Of a stretch of DNA of 64,000 bases, positions 26,878 to 38,455 are shown in pieces. The first letter of the stretch is position 1, and every line of letters starts with the position of its first letter. Both the position numbers and the translations under genes were made by a program. Location: assembly GCA_963840455.1 (NCBI GenBank), contig CAWIYV010000014.1, forward strand, positions 448,001 through 512,000. The letters are read 5' to 3'. The notes beneath the pieces are model-generated. The model did no database searches. It had not been told where the DNA came from and was given only the letters and a program-made list of their open reading frames with translations. This DNA is from Nitrospirota bacterium (GTDB taxonomy: Bacteria > Nitrospirota > UBA9217).

Positions 26878-27705
26878 ATGCCGGTAAAGAGCTATAATCC
26901 AACCTCCCCCGGGAGACGGTGGCAGACCGTATCGACGTTCGAGGAAGTGACGAGGAGCAGGCCCGAGAAGTCGCTCGTTGTCCGGGTCCCTGAGCAGGGC
27001 GGCAGGAACAACCGCGGCAAGATCACGGTCCGGTATCGGAGCGGTTGGCACAAGAAGAAGTACCGGATCATCGATTTTCAGAGGGAGAAGTTCGGCGTTC
27101 CCGCGAAGGTCGCCCACATCGAGTACGACCCGAACCGCACGGCACGCATTGCCCTGTTGCACTATGCTGACGGTGAGAAGCGCTACATCATCTCGCCGCT
27201 TGGCCTGAACGTCGGCGACACGGTCATGTCCGGGCCTGAAGCGGACATCAAAACGGGCAATGCGCTTCCCATGGCCTCGATCCCGGTGGGTACGGTGATC
27301 CACAATGTTGAGCTTAAGAAGGGTGCCGGCGGACAGCTCGCACGCAGTGCCGGGGCTTCGGTCCAGTTGCTGGCCCGGGAAGGCGACTATGCGACGCTCC
27401 GCCTCAACTCCGGCGAGGTCCGCAAGGTCCGCTCCGAGTGTATGGCAACGATCGGCCAGGTGGGTAACCTCGACCACGAGAACGTCAGCATCGGCAAGGC
27501 GGGCAGGGCGCGCTGGATGGGCAGGCGGCCGCGGGTCCGCGGCGTTGTCATGAACCCGGTAGACCATCCGCTGGGTGGCGGCGAAGGAAAATCCTCAGGC
27601 GGCCGACCGGGTTGTTCGCCATGGGGGCTTCCTGATGGGGTGAGAACAAGGAAAAACAAAAAAACGACCAAGCTTATTATTTCCAGAAGGACTAAGAGCA
27701 GGTAA
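26878..27705 (+). CDS. rplB: 50S ribosomal protein L2
   Basis: IEYDPNRTA and [13 protein letters not shown] motifs. Confidence 0.98.
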   Translation: MPVKSYNPTSPGRRWQTVSTFEEVTRSRPEKSLVVRVPEQGGRNNRGKITVRYRSGWHKKKYRIIDFQREKFGVPAKVAHIEYDPNRTARIALLHYADGEKRYIISPLGLNVGDTVMSGPEADIKTGNALPMASIPVGTVIHNVELKKGAGGQLARSAGASVQLLAREGDYATLRLNSGEVRKVRSECMATIGQVGNLDHENVSIGKAGRARWMGRRPRVRGVVMNPVDHPLGGGEGKSSGGRPGCSPWGLPDGVRTRKNKKTTKLIISRRTKSR

Positions 27706-27717
27706 ACGGAGGGCGCA

Positions 27718-28008
27718 GTGCCGAGATCAGTTAAAAAAGGACCTTTTGTGGATGCGAGCCTCAGCAGGAAGATCGAGGCCATGAACACGTCGGGGGACAA
27801 GAAGATCCTGAAGACGTGGTCGCGGCGGTCGACCATCCTGCCGGAGTTCGTAGGCCATACCCTGGCCGTACATAACGGAAAGAAGTTCATCCCGGTCTAT
27901 TTGACCGAGAACATGGTGGGACACAAGCTCGGCGAGTTCTCGCCGACCAGGACCTTCAAGGGCCACGGCGGTTCCAAAGCCGCCGAAAAGGCCACCGCGC
28001 CCAAGTAA
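27718..28008 (+). CDS. rpsS: 30S ribosomal protein S19
   Basis: [13 protein letters not shown] motif. Confidence 0.98.
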   Translation: MPRSVKKGPFVDASLSRKIEAMNTSGDKKILKTWSRRSTILPEFVGHTLAVHNGKKFIPVYLTENMVGHKLGEFSPTRTFKGHGGSKAAEKATAPK

Positions 28009-28047
28009 CCATCGCCGGGTATCGGGCACTCAAGAGAGGACTGTAAC

Positions 28048-28377
28048 ATGGAAGCAAGCGCAACAGCCAAACATATACGGATCACACCGCGGAAGGCCCG
28101 CCTGGTGATCGATCTCATTCGCGGGAAGATGGTGGGCGACGCCAGGAGCATTCTTACGTTCACGCCGCTCCACGCTGCTCGCATCGTGAAGAAGGTCCTG
28201 GACTCGGCCGTTGCGAACGCCGAGCAGAAGAAACTTGGTGACGTTGATTCCCTCAAGATCGCGAAGGCCTATGTTAGCCAAGGTGTCGCAATGAAGCGGA
28301 TGCGCGCAGCCGCCATGGGCCGCGGGAACATGATCAAGAAGAGGACCAGCCACATAACGCTGGTACTGTCGGCATAG
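28048..28377 (+). CDS. rplV: 50S ribosomal protein L22
   Basis: PRKARLVID and KRTSHIT motifs. Confidence 0.97.
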   Translation: MEASATAKHIRITPRKARLVIDLIRGKMVGDARSILTFTPLHAARIVKKVLDSAVANAEQKKLGDVDSLKIAKAYVSQGVAMKRMRAAAMGRGNMIKKRTSHITLVLSA

Positions 28378-28396
28378 ACGTTACTCTGGAGGCATA

Positions 28397-29038
28397 ATGG
28401 GTCAGAAAGTTCATCCGATCGGATTTCGGCTTGGGGTCATCAAAACATGGGACTCGCGCTGGTACGCAAAGAAGAACTATGCTTCGCTGCTGCACGAGGA
28501 CATCAAGATCCGGAACATTGTGAAAGAGCGGCTGACGCATGCCGGGGTCTCCAAGATCGAGATCGAGCGAGCCGGCCAGAAGGCGAAGATCAATATCCAT
28601 ACTGCCCGTCCCGGTATCATCATCGGAAAGAAGGGCGCCGAGGTCGACAAGCTCAAGAAGGACCTCGAGGCCATGACGGGCAAGCAGATGTTCATCAATA
28701 TCCAGGAGATCCGGAGGCCCGAGCTCGAAGCGCAGCTTGTGGCCGAGAACATCGCGCTGCAGCTCGAGCGTCGCATCGCCTTCCGCCGTGCTATGAAGAA
28801 GTCGGTCACTTCGGCCCTTCGCCTGGGCGCACAGGGGATCAAGATCACCTGCGCCGGCAGGTTGGCCGGATCGGAGATCGCCCGCACCGAGTGGTACCGT
28901 GAGGGACGAGTGCCGCTCCATACGCTGCGCGCCGATATCCAGTATGGTTTCGCCGAAGCCAAGACCACCATGGGTCAGATCGGCGTCAAGGTCTGGATCT
29001 ACAAGGGTGACGTGCTGCAGCCGGCCAAGGCGGTTTAA
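28397..29038 (+). CDS. rpsC: 30S ribosomal protein S3
   Basis: [13 protein letters not shown] and [11 protein letters not shown] motifs. Confidence 0.98.
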   Translation: MGQKVHPIGFRLGVIKTWDSRWYAKKNYASLLHEDIKIRNIVKERLTHAGVSKIEIERAGQKAKINIHTARPGIIIGKKGAEVDKLKKDLEAMTGKQMFINIQEIRRPELEAQLVAENIALQLERRIAFRRAMKKSVTSALRLGAQGIKITCAGRLAGSEIARTEWYREGRVPLHTLRADIQYGFAEAKTTMGQIGVKVWIYKGDVLQPAKAV

Positions 29039-29089
29039 GGAAGGCGCAGAAAACAAGATTACCACGATCACAGATAAAGGATAAAGATC

Positions 29090-29506
29090 ATGTTAGCACC
29101 GAAACGGGTCAAGTTCAGAAAAATGCACAAAGGTCGGATGACCGGGACCGGCTACCGCGGTTCCGAGGTGAGCTACGGCGAGTATGGTCTTAAGGCCATG
29201 GAGCCAGCCTGGGTCTCGAGCCGTCAGATCGAGGCTGCCCGTATCGCGATGACGCGGTATGTGAAGCGGGGCGGCAAGATATGGATCCGCATATTCCCTG
29301 ACAAACCGATCACCAAGAAGCCCGCCGAGACCCGTATGGGGAAAGGCAAGGGCGCGCCTGAGTACTGGGTAGCGGTCGTGAAACCGGGCCGGGTGCTGTA
29401 CGAGATGGGCGGCGTTGATGAGTCCGTGGCCCGTGAGGCCTTCCGTCTCGCGGCGTACAAACTGCCCATGGCGACGAAGTTTATCTCTCGGGAGGCTGAA
29501 CTATGA
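29090..29506 (+). CDS. rplP: 50S ribosomal protein L16
   Basis: ETRMGKGKG motif. Confidence 0.98.
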   Translation: MLAPKRVKFRKMHKGRMTGTGYRGSEVSYGEYGLKAMEPAWVSSRQIEAARIAMTRYVKRGGKIWIRIFPDKPITKKPAETRMGKGKGAPEYWVAVVKPGRVLYEMGGVDESVAREAFRLAAYKLPMATKFISREAEL

Positions 29507-29703
29507 AGTCGAACGCGCGGGAGATGCGGGACCTGTCCCAAGAGGAACTGACGGCCAAGGCCGCGGAACTGAAAAAGGAGCTGTTCAACCTCCGGTTCCA
29601 GCAGGCCATGGGCCAGATCGAGAACCCCATGCGGCTCAGGACGCTCCGCAAGGACATCGCAAAAACCAAAACGATCTTAAGGGAAAAACATGGGCGAGTC
29701 TAA
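29503..29703 (+). CDS. rpmC: 50S ribosomal protein L29
   Basis: ELFNLRFQ motif and synteny. Confidence 0.96.
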   Translation: MKSNAREMRDLSQEELTAKAAELKKELFNLRFQQAMGQIENPMRLRTLRKDIAKTKTILREKHGRV

Positions 29704-29947
29704 TAAAAGAAAATCATTTATCGGTCGCGTGGTAAGTGACAAGATGGACAAGACGGTCGTGCTGGCAGTGACCCGGCGGATCGCGCACTCCCGCTACAAC
29801 AAAGTGGTGAAGCGTACGACCAAGTACAAGGCCCATGATGAGAAGAACGAGTGCAAGGTGGGCGACATGGTGCGGGTCATCGAGACCCGGCCCATCTCCA
29901 AGGACAAGCGCTGGAAGGTCCTTGAGATCGTTGAAAAGGCGATCTGA
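29690..29947 (+). CDS. rpsQ: 30S ribosomal protein S17
   Basis: VVSDKMDKT and [11 protein letters not shown] motifs. Confidence 0.97.
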   Translation: MGESNKRKSFIGRVVSDKMDKTVVLAVTRRIAHSRYNKVVKRTTKYKAHDEKNECKVGDMVRVIETRPISKDKRWKVLEIVEKAI

Positions 29948-29992
29948 TCTCCAGAGCTCGAAATCAGAACAGCGAAGAGAAGGTACTAGACC

Positions 29993-30361
29993 ATGATCCA
30001 GCAGCAGACGGTTTTGGACGTAGCAGACAATTCGGGAGCAAAACGGGTGATGTGCATCAAGGTGCTCGGCGGTACCCGCAAACGGTATGCTTCCCTCGGG
30101 GACGTCATCGTGGTGGCCATCAAGACGGCGATACCCGACGGGCAGGCGAAGAAGGGCACCGTTGCCAAGGCGGTCGTTGTACGCACCGCCAAGGAAGTGC
30201 GCCGCCCCGACGGCTCCTATATCAAGTTCGACCGGAACGCGGCGGTGCTGATCAACAACGCGAACGAGCCGATCGGGACACGCATCTTCGGCCCCGTGGC
30301 GCGTGAGCTCCGCAGGAAGAACTTTATGAAGATCATTTCGTTGGCCCCGGAAGTGCTCTAG
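29993..30361 (+). CDS. rplN: 50S ribosomal protein L14
   Basis: VADNSGAK and ISLAPEVL motifs. Confidence 0.98.
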   Translation: MIQQQTVLDVADNSGAKRVMCIKVLGGTRKRYASLGDVIVVAIKTAIPDGQAKKGTVAKAVVVRTAKEVRRPDGSYIKFDRNAAVLINNANEPIGTRIFGPVARELRRKNFMKIISLAPEVL

Positions 30362-30408
30362 GGCACCGGCGGCAGGACGATCTCTGAACAAGAACAGGAA
30401 GAACGACA

Positions 30409-30720
30409 ATGCAGATCAAGAAGAATGACACCGTACTGGTCACATCCGGCAAAGAGAAGGGAAAACGCGGCAGGGTGATCGCCGTGTATCCGCGGGAGAA
30501 CCGGGTCCTGATCGAGAAGCTGAACATGATCAAGCGGCACACGAGGCCGAACCAGCAGCTCCGCCAGGGCGGGATCGTGGAGAAGGAAAGCCCCATCTCG
30601 GCTGCGAACGTTAAGCTCATTTGCGCAAAGTGCGACAAGCCCACCAGCATTGCCCGGAAGGCCCAGGGGGATGGGACCCGGGTCCGCGTGTGCAAGGCCT
30701 GTGACGCAACCTTGGAATAA
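30409..30720 (+). CDS. rplX: 50S ribosomal protein L24
   Basis: KOW motif and GGIVEKESPI; synteny. Confidence 0.96.
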   Translation: MQIKKNDTVLVTSGKEKGKRGRVIAVYPRENRVLIEKLNMIKRHTRPNQQLRQGGIVEKESPISAANVKLICAKCDKPTSIARKAQGDGTRVRVCKACDATLE

Positions 30721-30741
30721 GTAGGTTAGGAAAAACGACCA

Positions 30742-31434
30742 ATGGCTGACAAGAAAGACAAGACAAAAGAAGCAAAGGGCGAGGAGAAGAAAAAGGCCCC
30801 GGCGAAAGCTGCGCCGGGAAAGGCCAAGGCTCCCGCCGCAGCAGCAAAGAAGGAGGCGAAGGCTGCTGCGCCTGCAGTGCGCGAAAAGGCGCCGACGCCC
30901 CGGCTCAAGGAGCGGTACCAGAAGGACGTGGTCCCCTCTCTGATGAAGCAGTTCAATTACAGGAATCCCATGCAGGTCCCCCGGCTGGTCAAGGTGGTCC
31001 TGAACATGGGGATGGGCGAGGCGATCTCGAATGCGAAGGCCCTCGACCATGCCGTCAGCGAGCTGGAGCTCATATCAGGACAACACCCGGTGATCACCCG
31101 TGCGAAGAAGTCCATTGCGACGTTCAAGCTCCGGGAGGGGATGCCGATCGGCTGCATGGTCACCCTCCGGAAGCAGCGCATGTTCGAGTTCCTGGACCGC
31201 TTCATCAGCGCGGCGCTGCCCCGCATCAGGGACTTTAAGGGCATCCCGAGCAAATCCTTCGATGGCAGGGGAAACTACTCGATCGGGATCAAGGAACAGA
31301 TCATTTTCCCGGAGATCGAGATCGACAAAGTAGACTCGATCCACGGTATGGATATTGTAATCGTCACGACGGCAAAGACAGATGAAGAGGGTCGGGCGCT
31401 GCTCGGCTATCTCGGCATGCCGTTCAGAAAGTAG
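30742..31434 (+). CDS. rplE: 50S ribosomal protein L5 with Lys/Ala/Pro-rich N-terminal extension
   Basis: [10 protein letters not shown] and FDGRGNY motifs; about 50 extra N-terminal residues. Confidence 0.96.
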   Translation: MADKKDKTKEAKGEEKKKAPAKAAPGKAKAPAAAAKKEAKAAAPAVREKAPTPRLKERYQKDVVPSLMKQFNYRNPMQVPRLVKVVLNMGMGEAISNAKALDHAVSELELISGQHPVITRAKKSIATFKLREGMPIGCMVTLRKQRMFEFLDRFISAALPRIRDFKGIPSKSFDGRGNYSIGIKEQIIFPEIEIDKVDSIHGMDIVIVTTAKTDEEGRALLGYLGMPFRK

Positions 31435-31450
31435 CAAAGGCGGAGGCACC

Positions 31451-31636
31451 ATGGCAAAGAAGTCGTTGATCGCGAAGGCAAAGGCGGCACCCAAGTTCAA
31501 GGTGCGGGCATATCACCGTTGTCCGCTGTGCGGCAGGTCCCGGGGATATCTGAGAAAGTTCGACATGTGCCGCATTTGTTTCCGGAACAGGTCGCTCCGG
31601 GGCGAGATCCCGGGCGTAGTCAAGGCCAGTTGGTAA
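31451..31636 (+). CDS. rpsN: 30S ribosomal protein S14 type Z
   Basis: 61 aa with CPLC and CRIC zinc ligands; GGAGG RBS. Confidence 0.97.
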   Translation: MAKKSLIAKAKAAPKFKVRAYHRCPLCGRSRGYLRKFDMCRICFRNRSLRGEIPGVVKASW

Positions 31637-31655
31637 GCGAGAGGGGTTTGAACCG

Positions 31656-32051
31656 ATGATGACCGATCCGATCGCGGATATGCTGACGCGCATCCGCAAT
31701 GGCAGCAAGGCAAAACTCGAGAAGGTTGATATTCCGTCCTCGAAGATGAAGCTCGAGATCGCGAAGATCCTGAAGGACGAGGGATATATCAAGAACCTCA
31801 AGATGGTCAAGGACCGGCGGCAGGGCGTTATCCGCGTCTATCTGAAATATACTGATGACGAGGCCCCGGTGATCCAGGGGATCAAGCGCATCAGCAAGCC
31901 CGGGTGCCGGGTGTATGCCGGGAACGATGCGATCCCCAAGGTCCTGGCAGGGCTGGGCGTTGCCATCCTGTCCACACCGAAGGGTATCCAGACGGGAAAA
32001 CAGGCAAAGAAGGACAATGTGGGCGGAGAAGTGCTCTGCCACGTTTGGTAG
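31656..32051 (+). CDS. rpsH: 30S ribosomal protein S8
   Basis: [12 protein letters not shown] motif. Confidence 0.98.
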   Translation: MMTDPIADMLTRIRNGSKAKLEKVDIPSSKMKLEIAKILKDEGYIKNLKMVKDRRQGVIRVYLKYTDDEAPVIQGIKRISKPGCRVYAGNDAIPKVLAGLGVAILSTPKGIQTGKQAKKDNVGGEVLCHVW

Positions 32052-32101
32052 GCTTCCTAACAATAAGAATCCGTGTCCTGATACCGAAATGAGGAGCTGT
32101 T

Positions 32102-32653
32102 ATGTCGAGGGTTGGCAAGAAACCGATTGAATTACCGTCCGGTGTTGACGCGAAGATCGCGCCCGGCATGATCACCGTCAAGGGGCCGCTGGGCGAGATC
32201 AGCCAGGCGGTGAATCCCAAGCTGGAGATCAAAAAGGACAGCAACAAGCTTGTGGTCGCCCGCCAGTCGAACCAGAAGATGTACCGCGAGCTCCACGGCC
32301 TGACCCGAAACCTCATCGCGAACATGGTGACCGGTGTCAGCAAGGGATTTGAAAGGACACTGGACATTTCCGGCGTCGGTTTCAAGGCTTCCCTGGCAAA
32401 TAAGACGAACCTCATGTTCACGCTGGGCTTCTCCCACCCCGTGCTCTTCCCGCTTCCCAAGGGGATTACGGCGACGGTGGACGCTAAGCAGACCCAGGTG
32501 GTGATCAAGGGCATCGACAAGCAGCTGGTCGGCCAGATGGCCGCGAACATCCGGAACCTCAAACAGCCGGAACCGTACAAGGGCAAGGGCATCAAGTACA
32601 ATACCGAGGTCATCCAGCGCAAGGAAGGCAAGGCCGGCAAGGGCGGCAAGTAG
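32102..32653 (+). CDS. rplF: 50S ribosomal protein L6
   Basis: PEPYKGKGIKY motif. Confidence 0.98.
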   Translation: MSRVGKKPIELPSGVDAKIAPGMITVKGPLGEISQAVNPKLEIKKDSNKLVVARQSNQKMYRELHGLTRNLIANMVTGVSKGFERTLDISGVGFKASLANKTNLMFTLGFSHPVLFPLPKGITATVDAKQTQVVIKGIDKQLVGQMAANIRNLKQPEPYKGKGIKYNTEVIQRKEGKAGKGGK

Positions 32654-32712
32654 GTCAAATCCGGTTCGCGGGCGGTCAGCATGGCCCGCGGTCATAACAG
32701 TGGAGAGGCAAC

Positions 32713-33075
32713 GTGGCACTGAGCAAAGAAGAAGCGAGACTGAAACGGCATCAGCGGATCCGGAAACGGCTCCAGGGCACGGGCACAAAGCCAAGACTGA
32801 CCGTGTATAAGAGTCTGAACCATATCTACGCCCAGCTCGTCGATGACGCGGCAGGGAAGACGATCCTTTCGGCGTCGACCCTGGAGAAGGACATCCGCAC
32901 GACCGTCAAGCACGGCGGCAACCTCGAGGCGGCCAAGAAGGTCGGAGCGAGCCTGGCGCAGAAGGCGTTGGGCAAGAAGATCACGGCCGTTGTGTTCGAC
33001 CGCGCCGGGTACCGGTATCACGGCTGCATCAAGGCGCTTGCCGATGCGGCCCGGGAGCAGGGTCTGAAGTTCTAA
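32713..33075 (+). CDS. rplR: 50S ribosomal protein L18
   Basis: VVFDRAGYRYHG motif. Confidence 0.97.
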   Translation: MALSKEEARLKRHQRIRKRLQGTGTKPRLTVYKSLNHIYAQLVDDAAGKTILSASTLEKDIRTTVKHGGNLEAAKKVGASLAQKALGKKITAVVFDRAGYRYHGCIKALADAAREQGLKF

Positions 33076-33100
33076 CGCGAAACACTGAGTGGAGGCGGCT

Positions 33101-33610
33101 TTGGCAGAGAGATATCAGAGAGATGCAGAAGAAGGCGACGGTCTGAAGGACAAACTGGTCTCGCTGAACCGTGTTGCCAAGGTGGTGAAGGGCGGCAAGC
33201 GGTTCAATTTCAGTGCCCTCGTGGTCGTGGGCGACGGGAAGGGCAAGGTGGGCGTCGGCAAGGGGAAGGCAGCCGAAGCACCGGTAGCCATCAAGAAGGC
33301 GGTTGAACGCGCGAAGAAGAACATGATGACCGTTGCCTTGAAGGGTGATACGATCCCCCACCAGGTGTTCGGCCACTACGGCGCAGGCAAGGTCCTCCTC
33401 AAGCCCGCCTCGGAAGGTACGGGTTTGATCGCCGGCGGCGCGAGCCGCGCGGTGCTCGAGGTCGTCGGCGTACGCAATGTGCTCTGCAAGTCATTGGGTT
33501 CCAGCAATCCCCATAACGTGGTGAGCGCGACGATCAAGGGTTTGAGCCAGCTCCGGAGCGCGGAAAGCGTCGCTGCCCTTCGGGGAAAAACGGTAGAGGA
33601 GCTTGGATAA
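33101..33610 (+). CDS. rpsE: 30S ribosomal protein S5
   Basis: [12 protein letters not shown] motif; TTG start after GGAGG. Confidence 0.97.
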   Translation: MAERYQRDAEEGDGLKDKLVSLNRVAKVVKGGKRFNFSALVVVGDGKGKVGVGKGKAAEAPVAIKKAVERAKKNMMTVALKGDTIPHQVFGHYGAGKVLLKPASEGTGLIAGGASRAVLEVVGVRNVLCKSLGSSNPHNVVSATIKGLSQLRSAESVAALRGKTVEELG

Positions 33611-33611
33611 T

Positions 33612-33806
33612 ATGTCGTCAGCTGATGCGAAAAAGATAAAGATCACCCTGGTGAAGAGCGCGATCGCGCGCCCGGGAAAACATAAGGCGATCGTTGCCGG
33701 GCTCGGGCTCAGGAAGTTGAATGGGTCGGTCATCCGGCCGGACACCCCGGAGATCCGCGGCATGATCAACAAGATCAGCCACCTCGTGCAGGTAGACAAC
33801 GCGTAA
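33612..33806 (+). CDS. rpmD: 50S ribosomal protein L30
   Basis: ITLVKSAI and [12 protein letters not shown] motifs. Confidence 0.95.
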   Translation: MSSADAKKIKITLVKSAIARPGKHKAIVAGLGLRKLNGSVIRPDTPEIRGMINKISHLVQVDNA

Positions 33807-33845
33807 CGTCGTTCCCATCCCTATTGGACAGGTCGGATCACTACT

Positions 33846-34280
33846 ATGAGATTAGAAGAGCTCAAACCCTCTCAAGGGTCACGAAAAAAATCGAAGCGGG
33901 TCGGCAGGGGTCCCGGCTCGGGCAGCGGAAAGACCGCATCCAAGGGCCATAAGGGCCAGAAGGCCCGTTCCGGCGGCGTGAAGGGCCCGGGTTTCGAGGG
34001 CGGCCAGATGCCGCTCCAGCGCCGGCTTCCAAAACGCGGCTTTACCAATATCTTTCGCAAGGAATATGCTGTTGTGAACCTTCGCGACCTGGCGGCCCTG
34101 AGCGGCACGATCACTCCGGAAACGATGATGGAGCAGGGGCTGGTGAGGAATCCGAAGGACGGTATCAAGGTCCTTGGTGTCGGTGAGCTCAAGTCGGGGA
34201 TTATCGTACGCGCCCACAAGTTCAGCAAGAGCGCCATGGACAAGATCCAGGCAGCCGGCGGCAAGGCTGAGGTGATCTAG
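33846..34280 (+). CDS. rplO: 50S ribosomal protein L15
   Basis: [18 protein letters not shown] motif. Confidence 0.98.
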   Translation: MRLEELKPSQGSRKKSKRVGRGPGSGSGKTASKGHKGQKARSGGVKGPGFEGGQMPLQRRLPKRGFTNIFRKEYAVVNLRDLAALSGTITPETMMEQGLVRNPKDGIKVLGVGELKSGIIVRAHKFSKSAMDKIQAAGGKAEVI

Positions 34281-34283
34281 AAC

Positions 34284-35582
34284 GTGTTCACCGGCCTGCA
34301 GAACATATTCAGGATCCCCGAACTCAGGAAGAGGATCATATTTTCCCTGCTCATGCTCGCTGTATACCGGGTGGGTGCGCATATCCCGACCCCCGGAGTG
34401 CGCGGTGACGCGCTCAGCCAGTATCTCCACCAGGCCGCGTCGGGCCTGATGGGCTTTTTCGACATGTTCTCCGGCGGCGCGCTCTCCAAGGTAACGATCT
34501 TTGCCCTGGGGATCATGCCGTATATCACGGCGTCCATCGTTCTCCAGCTGCTGACGGTCGTTATTCCACGCCTCCAGGCGCTTGCCAAGGAAGGCGAAGC
34601 GGGGCGGAAGAAGATCACCGAGTACACACGCTACGGGACGGTGCTGATCGCGGCGTTCCAGTCATTCTGGATGGCGGTGGGCATCGAGAAGATGGGTGAA
34701 GGCGCTTTCGTGGATTCCGCCGGATGGTCCTTCCGTATCCTGACCATGATCACGCTCACGGCCGGCACGACGTTCATCATGTGGCTCGGCGAGCAGATCA
34801 CCGAGCGCGGCATCGGGAACGGCATCTCGCTCATCATCTTTGCAGGGATCGTTGCAGGTCTCCCGCGTGCCGTAGGGAATACGGTCGGGCTGATGCGCTC
34901 CGGCGAGATCCCCTACTACCTGGTGGCGGTCATCATCGGCCTCGTTGTTGCGGTCATTGCGGCCATCATCATCATGGAGCGCGGACAGCGGAAGATCCCG
35001 GTCCAGTACGCCCAGCGTATGGTCGGCCGCAAGGTCTACAAGGGCCAGAGCACGCACCTGCCGCTCAAGATCAATTCGGCCGGCGTGATCCCGCCGATCT
35101 TCGCGTCCTCCATCCTGCTGTTCCCCGCGACGATCGCAGGGTTCACCCAGGTCGGATGGATCCAGACGATCGCCAAGCAGCTCGCACCGGGACAGATACT
35201 GTACACGGCCGTCTATGTGACGATGATCATTTTCTTCGCCTATTTCTATACGGCGATCGTATTCAACCCGGTGGACATTGCGGACAACCTGAAGAAGTAC
35301 GGCGGGTTCATCCCCGGCATCCGTCCGGGTAAAAAGACCTCGGATTATCTCTACCGCGTGTTGACCCGGATCACGCTGGGCGGAGCGCTCTACCTGGCGG
35401 CCGTGTGCGTGCTGCCGGATATCTTCTACAAGGCATTCAACGTGCCGTTCTATTTTGGAGGGACCTCGCTCCTGATCGTGATCGGTGTTGCACTTGATAC
35501 CGTGTCCCAGGTCGAGTCGCATCTCATCCAGCGGCACTATGGCGGGTTCTTGAAGGGCGTTTCCATCAAGGGGAGACGGTAA
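34284..35582 (+). CDS. secY: Preprotein translocase subunit SecY
   Basis: ALGIMPYITASI, GIGNGISL and GGTSLLI motifs. Confidence 0.98.
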   Translation: MFTGLQNIFRIPELRKRIIFSLLMLAVYRVGAHIPTPGVRGDALSQYLHQAASGLMGFFDMFSGGALSKVTIFALGIMPYITASIVLQLLTVVIPRLQALAKEGEAGRKKITEYTRYGTVLIAAFQSFWMAVGIEKMGEGAFVDSAGWSFRILTMITLTAGTTFIMWLGEQITERGIGNGISLIIFAGIVAGLPRAVGNTVGLMRSGEIPYYLVAVIIGLVVAVIAAIIIMERGQRKIPVQYAQRMVGRKVYKGQSTHLPLKINSAGVIPPIFASSILLFPATIAGFTQVGWIQTIAKQLAPGQILYTAVYVTMIIFFAYFYTAIVFNPVDIADNLKKYGGFIPGIRPGKKTSDYLYRVLTRITLGGALYLAAVCVLPDIFYKAFNVPFYFGGTSLLIVIGVALDTVSQVESHLIQRHYGGFLKGVSIKGRR

Positions 35583-35596
35583 GGACCGATAGCGGC

Positions 35597-36346
35597 ATGG
35601 TCATTCTCAAATCCCTTCAGGAGATCGAGAAGATCCGGAAGGCCGGATTGGTCGTAGCCGATGTCCTCAGGGAAATACGGCAGCTGGTCAGACCGGGCAT
35701 CAGCACGCTGTCGCTGGATGAGTTCGCAGAACAGTTCATCCGCGCTGCAGGGGCAAAGCCGGCGTTCAAAGGATACCGGGGGTATCCGCGGACCGTATGC
35801 ACGTCGGTCAACGAACAGGTGATCCACGGGATACCGTCGAAGGATGTTGTTCTCAAGGCGGGTGACCTCTTAAGCATTGACGTGGGAGCGCTCGTTGACG
35901 GCTTCTACGGTGATGCGGCGGTAACGGTTCCGGTCGGCGCTGTAAGGCCGGAAGCCGAACGCCTGATGCGGGTGACGGAAGAAGCGCTGGCCCTCGGGAT
36001 CGCGGAAGCAAAGCCGGGCAACCGCCTGTTCGATATTTCCTCGGCGATCCAGCGCCATGTTGAGAAGAATGGTTTCTCGGTGGTCCGCGAGTTTGTCGGC
36101 CACGGCATCGGAAGAAGCCTTCATGAGGACCCGCAGGTCCCCAATTTCGGGGAACGCGGGCGTGGCCCGCGGATCCAAAGCGGCATGGTGCTTGCCATTG
36201 AACCGATGGTGAACGCCGGGGGAAGCAAGACGGTCGTACAGGAAGACCAATGGACTGCGGTAACGGCGGATGGAAGTCTTTCCGCGCATTTTGAACATAC
36301 GATCGCCGTGTTGGACGACGGTCCGAAGGTTTTGACGATACGGTAG
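35597..36346 (+). CDS. map: Methionine aminopeptidase type I
   Basis: GHGIG..LHEDP, IEPMVN and SAHFEHT motifs. Confidence 0.97.
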   Translation: MVILKSLQEIEKIRKAGLVVADVLREIRQLVRPGISTLSLDEFAEQFIRAAGAKPAFKGYRGYPRTVCTSVNEQVIHGIPSKDVVLKAGDLLSIDVGALVDGFYGDAAVTVPVGAVRPEAERLMRVTEEALALGIAEAKPGNRLFDISSAIQRHVEKNGFSVVREFVGHGIGRSLHEDPQVPNFGERGRGPRIQSGMVLAIEPMVNAGGSKTVVQEDQWTAVTADGSLSAHFEHTIAVLDDGPKVLTIR

Positions 36347-36374
36347 GACGAAGTATTATAGTAATTGGAGGATG

Positions 36375-36593
36375 ATGGCAAAGGAAGATTCCATAGAAGT
36401 GCAGGGCACGGTGCTCGAGACGCTTCCCAATGCCATGTTTCGCGTGGAGATGGAGAACGGCCATAAGATACTTGCCCACATCTCCGGCAAGATGCGGATG
36501 CATTTCATCAAGATACTCCCGGGGGACAAAGTGACGGTGGAATTATCGCCCTATGACCTGACCCGGGGAAGAATAACCTATCGATTCAAATAG
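36375..36593 (+). CDS. infA: Translation initiation factor IF-1
   Basis: LPNAMFRV and [13 protein letters not shown] motifs. Confidence 0.98.
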   Translation: MAKEDSIEVQGTVLETLPNAMFRVEMENGHKILAHISGKMRMHFIKILPGDKVTVELSPYDLTRGRITYRFK

Positions 36594-36651
36594 TGACGGT
36601 GGCGTTCACGGCGGACCGTGAACATGATCCGGAAGGGAACAGGATAGATCA

Positions 36652-36765
36652 ATGAAAGTACGCTCTTCAGTAAAAAAGATCTGCACGAAATGCAGGGTCA
36701 TTCGCCGCAAGGGCATTGTGCGCGTCATCTGTGAGAATTCGCGCCACAAGCAGCGGCAGGGATAG
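36652..36765 (+). CDS. rpmJ: 50S ribosomal protein L36
   Basis: Manually translated: [37 protein letters not shown]. Confidence 0.97.
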   Translation: MKVRSSVKKICTKCRVIRRKGIVRVICENSRHKQRQG

Positions 36766-36861
36766 GGAAAGCACTGCCGGGATTCGGATAGCGAAATTCG
36801 AACAGGCAGGGAATGGTGTACTTCGGAATGTTAGTTTCGGATCTGCATTACAGGAGGAACT

Positions 36862-37254
36862 GTGGCACGTATCGCCGGTGTGGACTTACCCAAGGATAAG
36901 AGAATCGAGATCTCGCTGAGATACATTTTCGGCATCGGGCCGACGACCGCCCGCAGGATCCTCACGGAGGCGGGAATCGATCCGGCCACCAAGACCAAGG
37001 ATATCACGGAAGACGCGATCGTCAAGATCCGCGCCATCCTGGACCGGGACTACGTCGTGGAGGGCGACCTCCGGCGCGACATTACCATGAACATCAAGCG
37101 CCTGATGGATACCGGAAGCTATCGCGGCCTCAGGCACCGCAAGGGTTTGCCGACGCGAGGACAGCGGACCAAGACGAACGCCCGTACGCGAAAAGGACCG
37201 AAGAGGTCCGCAATGTCGGGCAGGGGCAAGAAGAAGAGCCTGGCGAAGAAGTAA
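36862..37254 (+). CDS. rpsM: 30S ribosomal protein S13
   Basis: [14 protein letters not shown] motif. Confidence 0.98.
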   Translation: MARIAGVDLPKDKRIEISLRYIFGIGPTTARRILTEAGIDPATKTKDITEDAIVKIRAILDRDYVVEGDLRRDITMNIKRLMDTGSYRGLRHRKGLPTRGQRTKTNARTRKGPKRSAMSGRGKKKSLAKK

Positions 37255-37321
37255 CGGGCAGGCGTGCCCCGGCAGGGCGATCCCCTGAGCCGGCGGCATT
37301 ATTACATACACGGGAGATCCG

Positions 37322-37696
37322 ATGGCAAAGAAGGGTAAAGAGAGAAAGAACGTGGCGAACGGTATCGCCCACATCCACGCATCGTTCAATAATACGATCG
37401 TAACCATCACGGATACCGCGGGCAACGTCCTGACGTGGTCAAGCTCCGGCAACAAGGGATTCAAGGGGTCCCGGAAGAGCACACCCTTCGCCTCACAGCT
37501 GGCGGCGGAAACGGCAGCGAAAAAGGCGATGGAGCACGGTATGCGGCAGGTCGAGGTCTATGTGAAGGGGCCGGGCACCGGCAGGGAATCGGCCATACGG
37601 GCGATCCAGGCGGCGGGTCTTGAGATCGTTGCGATCAAGGACGTGACACCTATCCCGCACAACGGATGCAGGCCGCCGAAGCGGCGCAGGGTCTAG
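37322..37696 (+). CDS. rpsK: 30S ribosomal protein S11
   Basis: [18 protein letters not shown] motif. Confidence 0.98.
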   Translation: MAKKGKERKNVANGIAHIHASFNNTIVTITDTAGNVLTWSSSGNKGFKGSRKSTPFASQLAAETAAKKAMEHGMRQVEVYVKGPGTGRESAIRAIQAAGLEIVAIKDVTPIPHNGCRPPKRRRV

Positions 37697-37728
37697 TCAG
37701 GAACAGGCTTTAACAGGAGGAGAAACAC

Positions 37729-38358
37729 GTGGCACGGTATATTGGATCGGTCTGTAAACTCTGTAGAAGGGAAAGCACCAAACTGTTCTTGAAGGCGGAG
37801 CGGTGCTATACTGATAAGTGCGCGATCGTCAGGAGAAGTTATCCGCCTGGACAGCACGGTCAGGGAAGGATCAAGCTCTCGGAATATGCCGTCCAGCTGC
37901 GGGAAAAGCAAAAGATCCGTCGCCTCTACGGTGTCCTGGAAGGGCAGTTCCGGGGCTACTTCGAGAAGGCCGAGCGGATGAAGGGGATCACCGGCGACAA
38001 CCTGCTGCAGCTCCTTGAGCGTCGGCTTGACAACGTGGTGCAGAGGATGGGCTTTGCCGGCTCCAAGAAAGAGGCGAGACAGCTTGTCCGGCACGGCCAC
38101 ATGCTGGTGAACGGCAAGAAGGTGAATATCCCGTCCTTTATCCTGAAGGCAGGGGACGTGGTGGAACTCCGCGAGAAGAGCAGGGGCATTGCGCAGGTCC
38201 AGCAAACACTTGCCGCTGTTGAGAAACGCGGCTTCCCCACCTGGCTGGAGATCGACAAGGTCCAGTTCCGGGGCAAGGTGCTGTCCCTCCCGCCGCGGGA
38301 AGAGGTCACCCTGCCGACGGTGAAGGAACAGCTCGTTGTCGAGCTCTACTCGAAGTAA
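37729..38358 (+). CDS. rpsD: 30S ribosomal protein S4
   Basis: QLREKQK and LERRLDNVV motifs; N-terminal Cys ligands. Confidence 0.98.
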   Translation: MARYIGSVCKLCRRESTKLFLKAERCYTDKCAIVRRSYPPGQHGQGRIKLSEYAVQLREKQKIRRLYGVLEGQFRGYFEKAERMKGITGDNLLQLLERRLDNVVQRMGFAGSKKEARQLVRHGHMLVNGKKVNIPSFILKAGDVVELREKSRGIAQVQQTLAAVEKRGFPTWLEIDKVQFRGKVLSLPPREEVTLPTVKEQLVVELYSK

Positions 38359-38455
38359 TCTCGATATATAATTCCGTGGCTTCGCTGGATGTGGGGGCAG
38401 TTTCCCGCATCTGCAGCCACGGCGTTCAGTTTTTTCACTCCTATTCGGAGGAACC

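Noticed and set aside
36778-36845. Further heptamer-like array between rpmJ and rpsM
   Set aside because: TTCGGA/TTCGAA-like units are present but too degenerate to define arms confidently.
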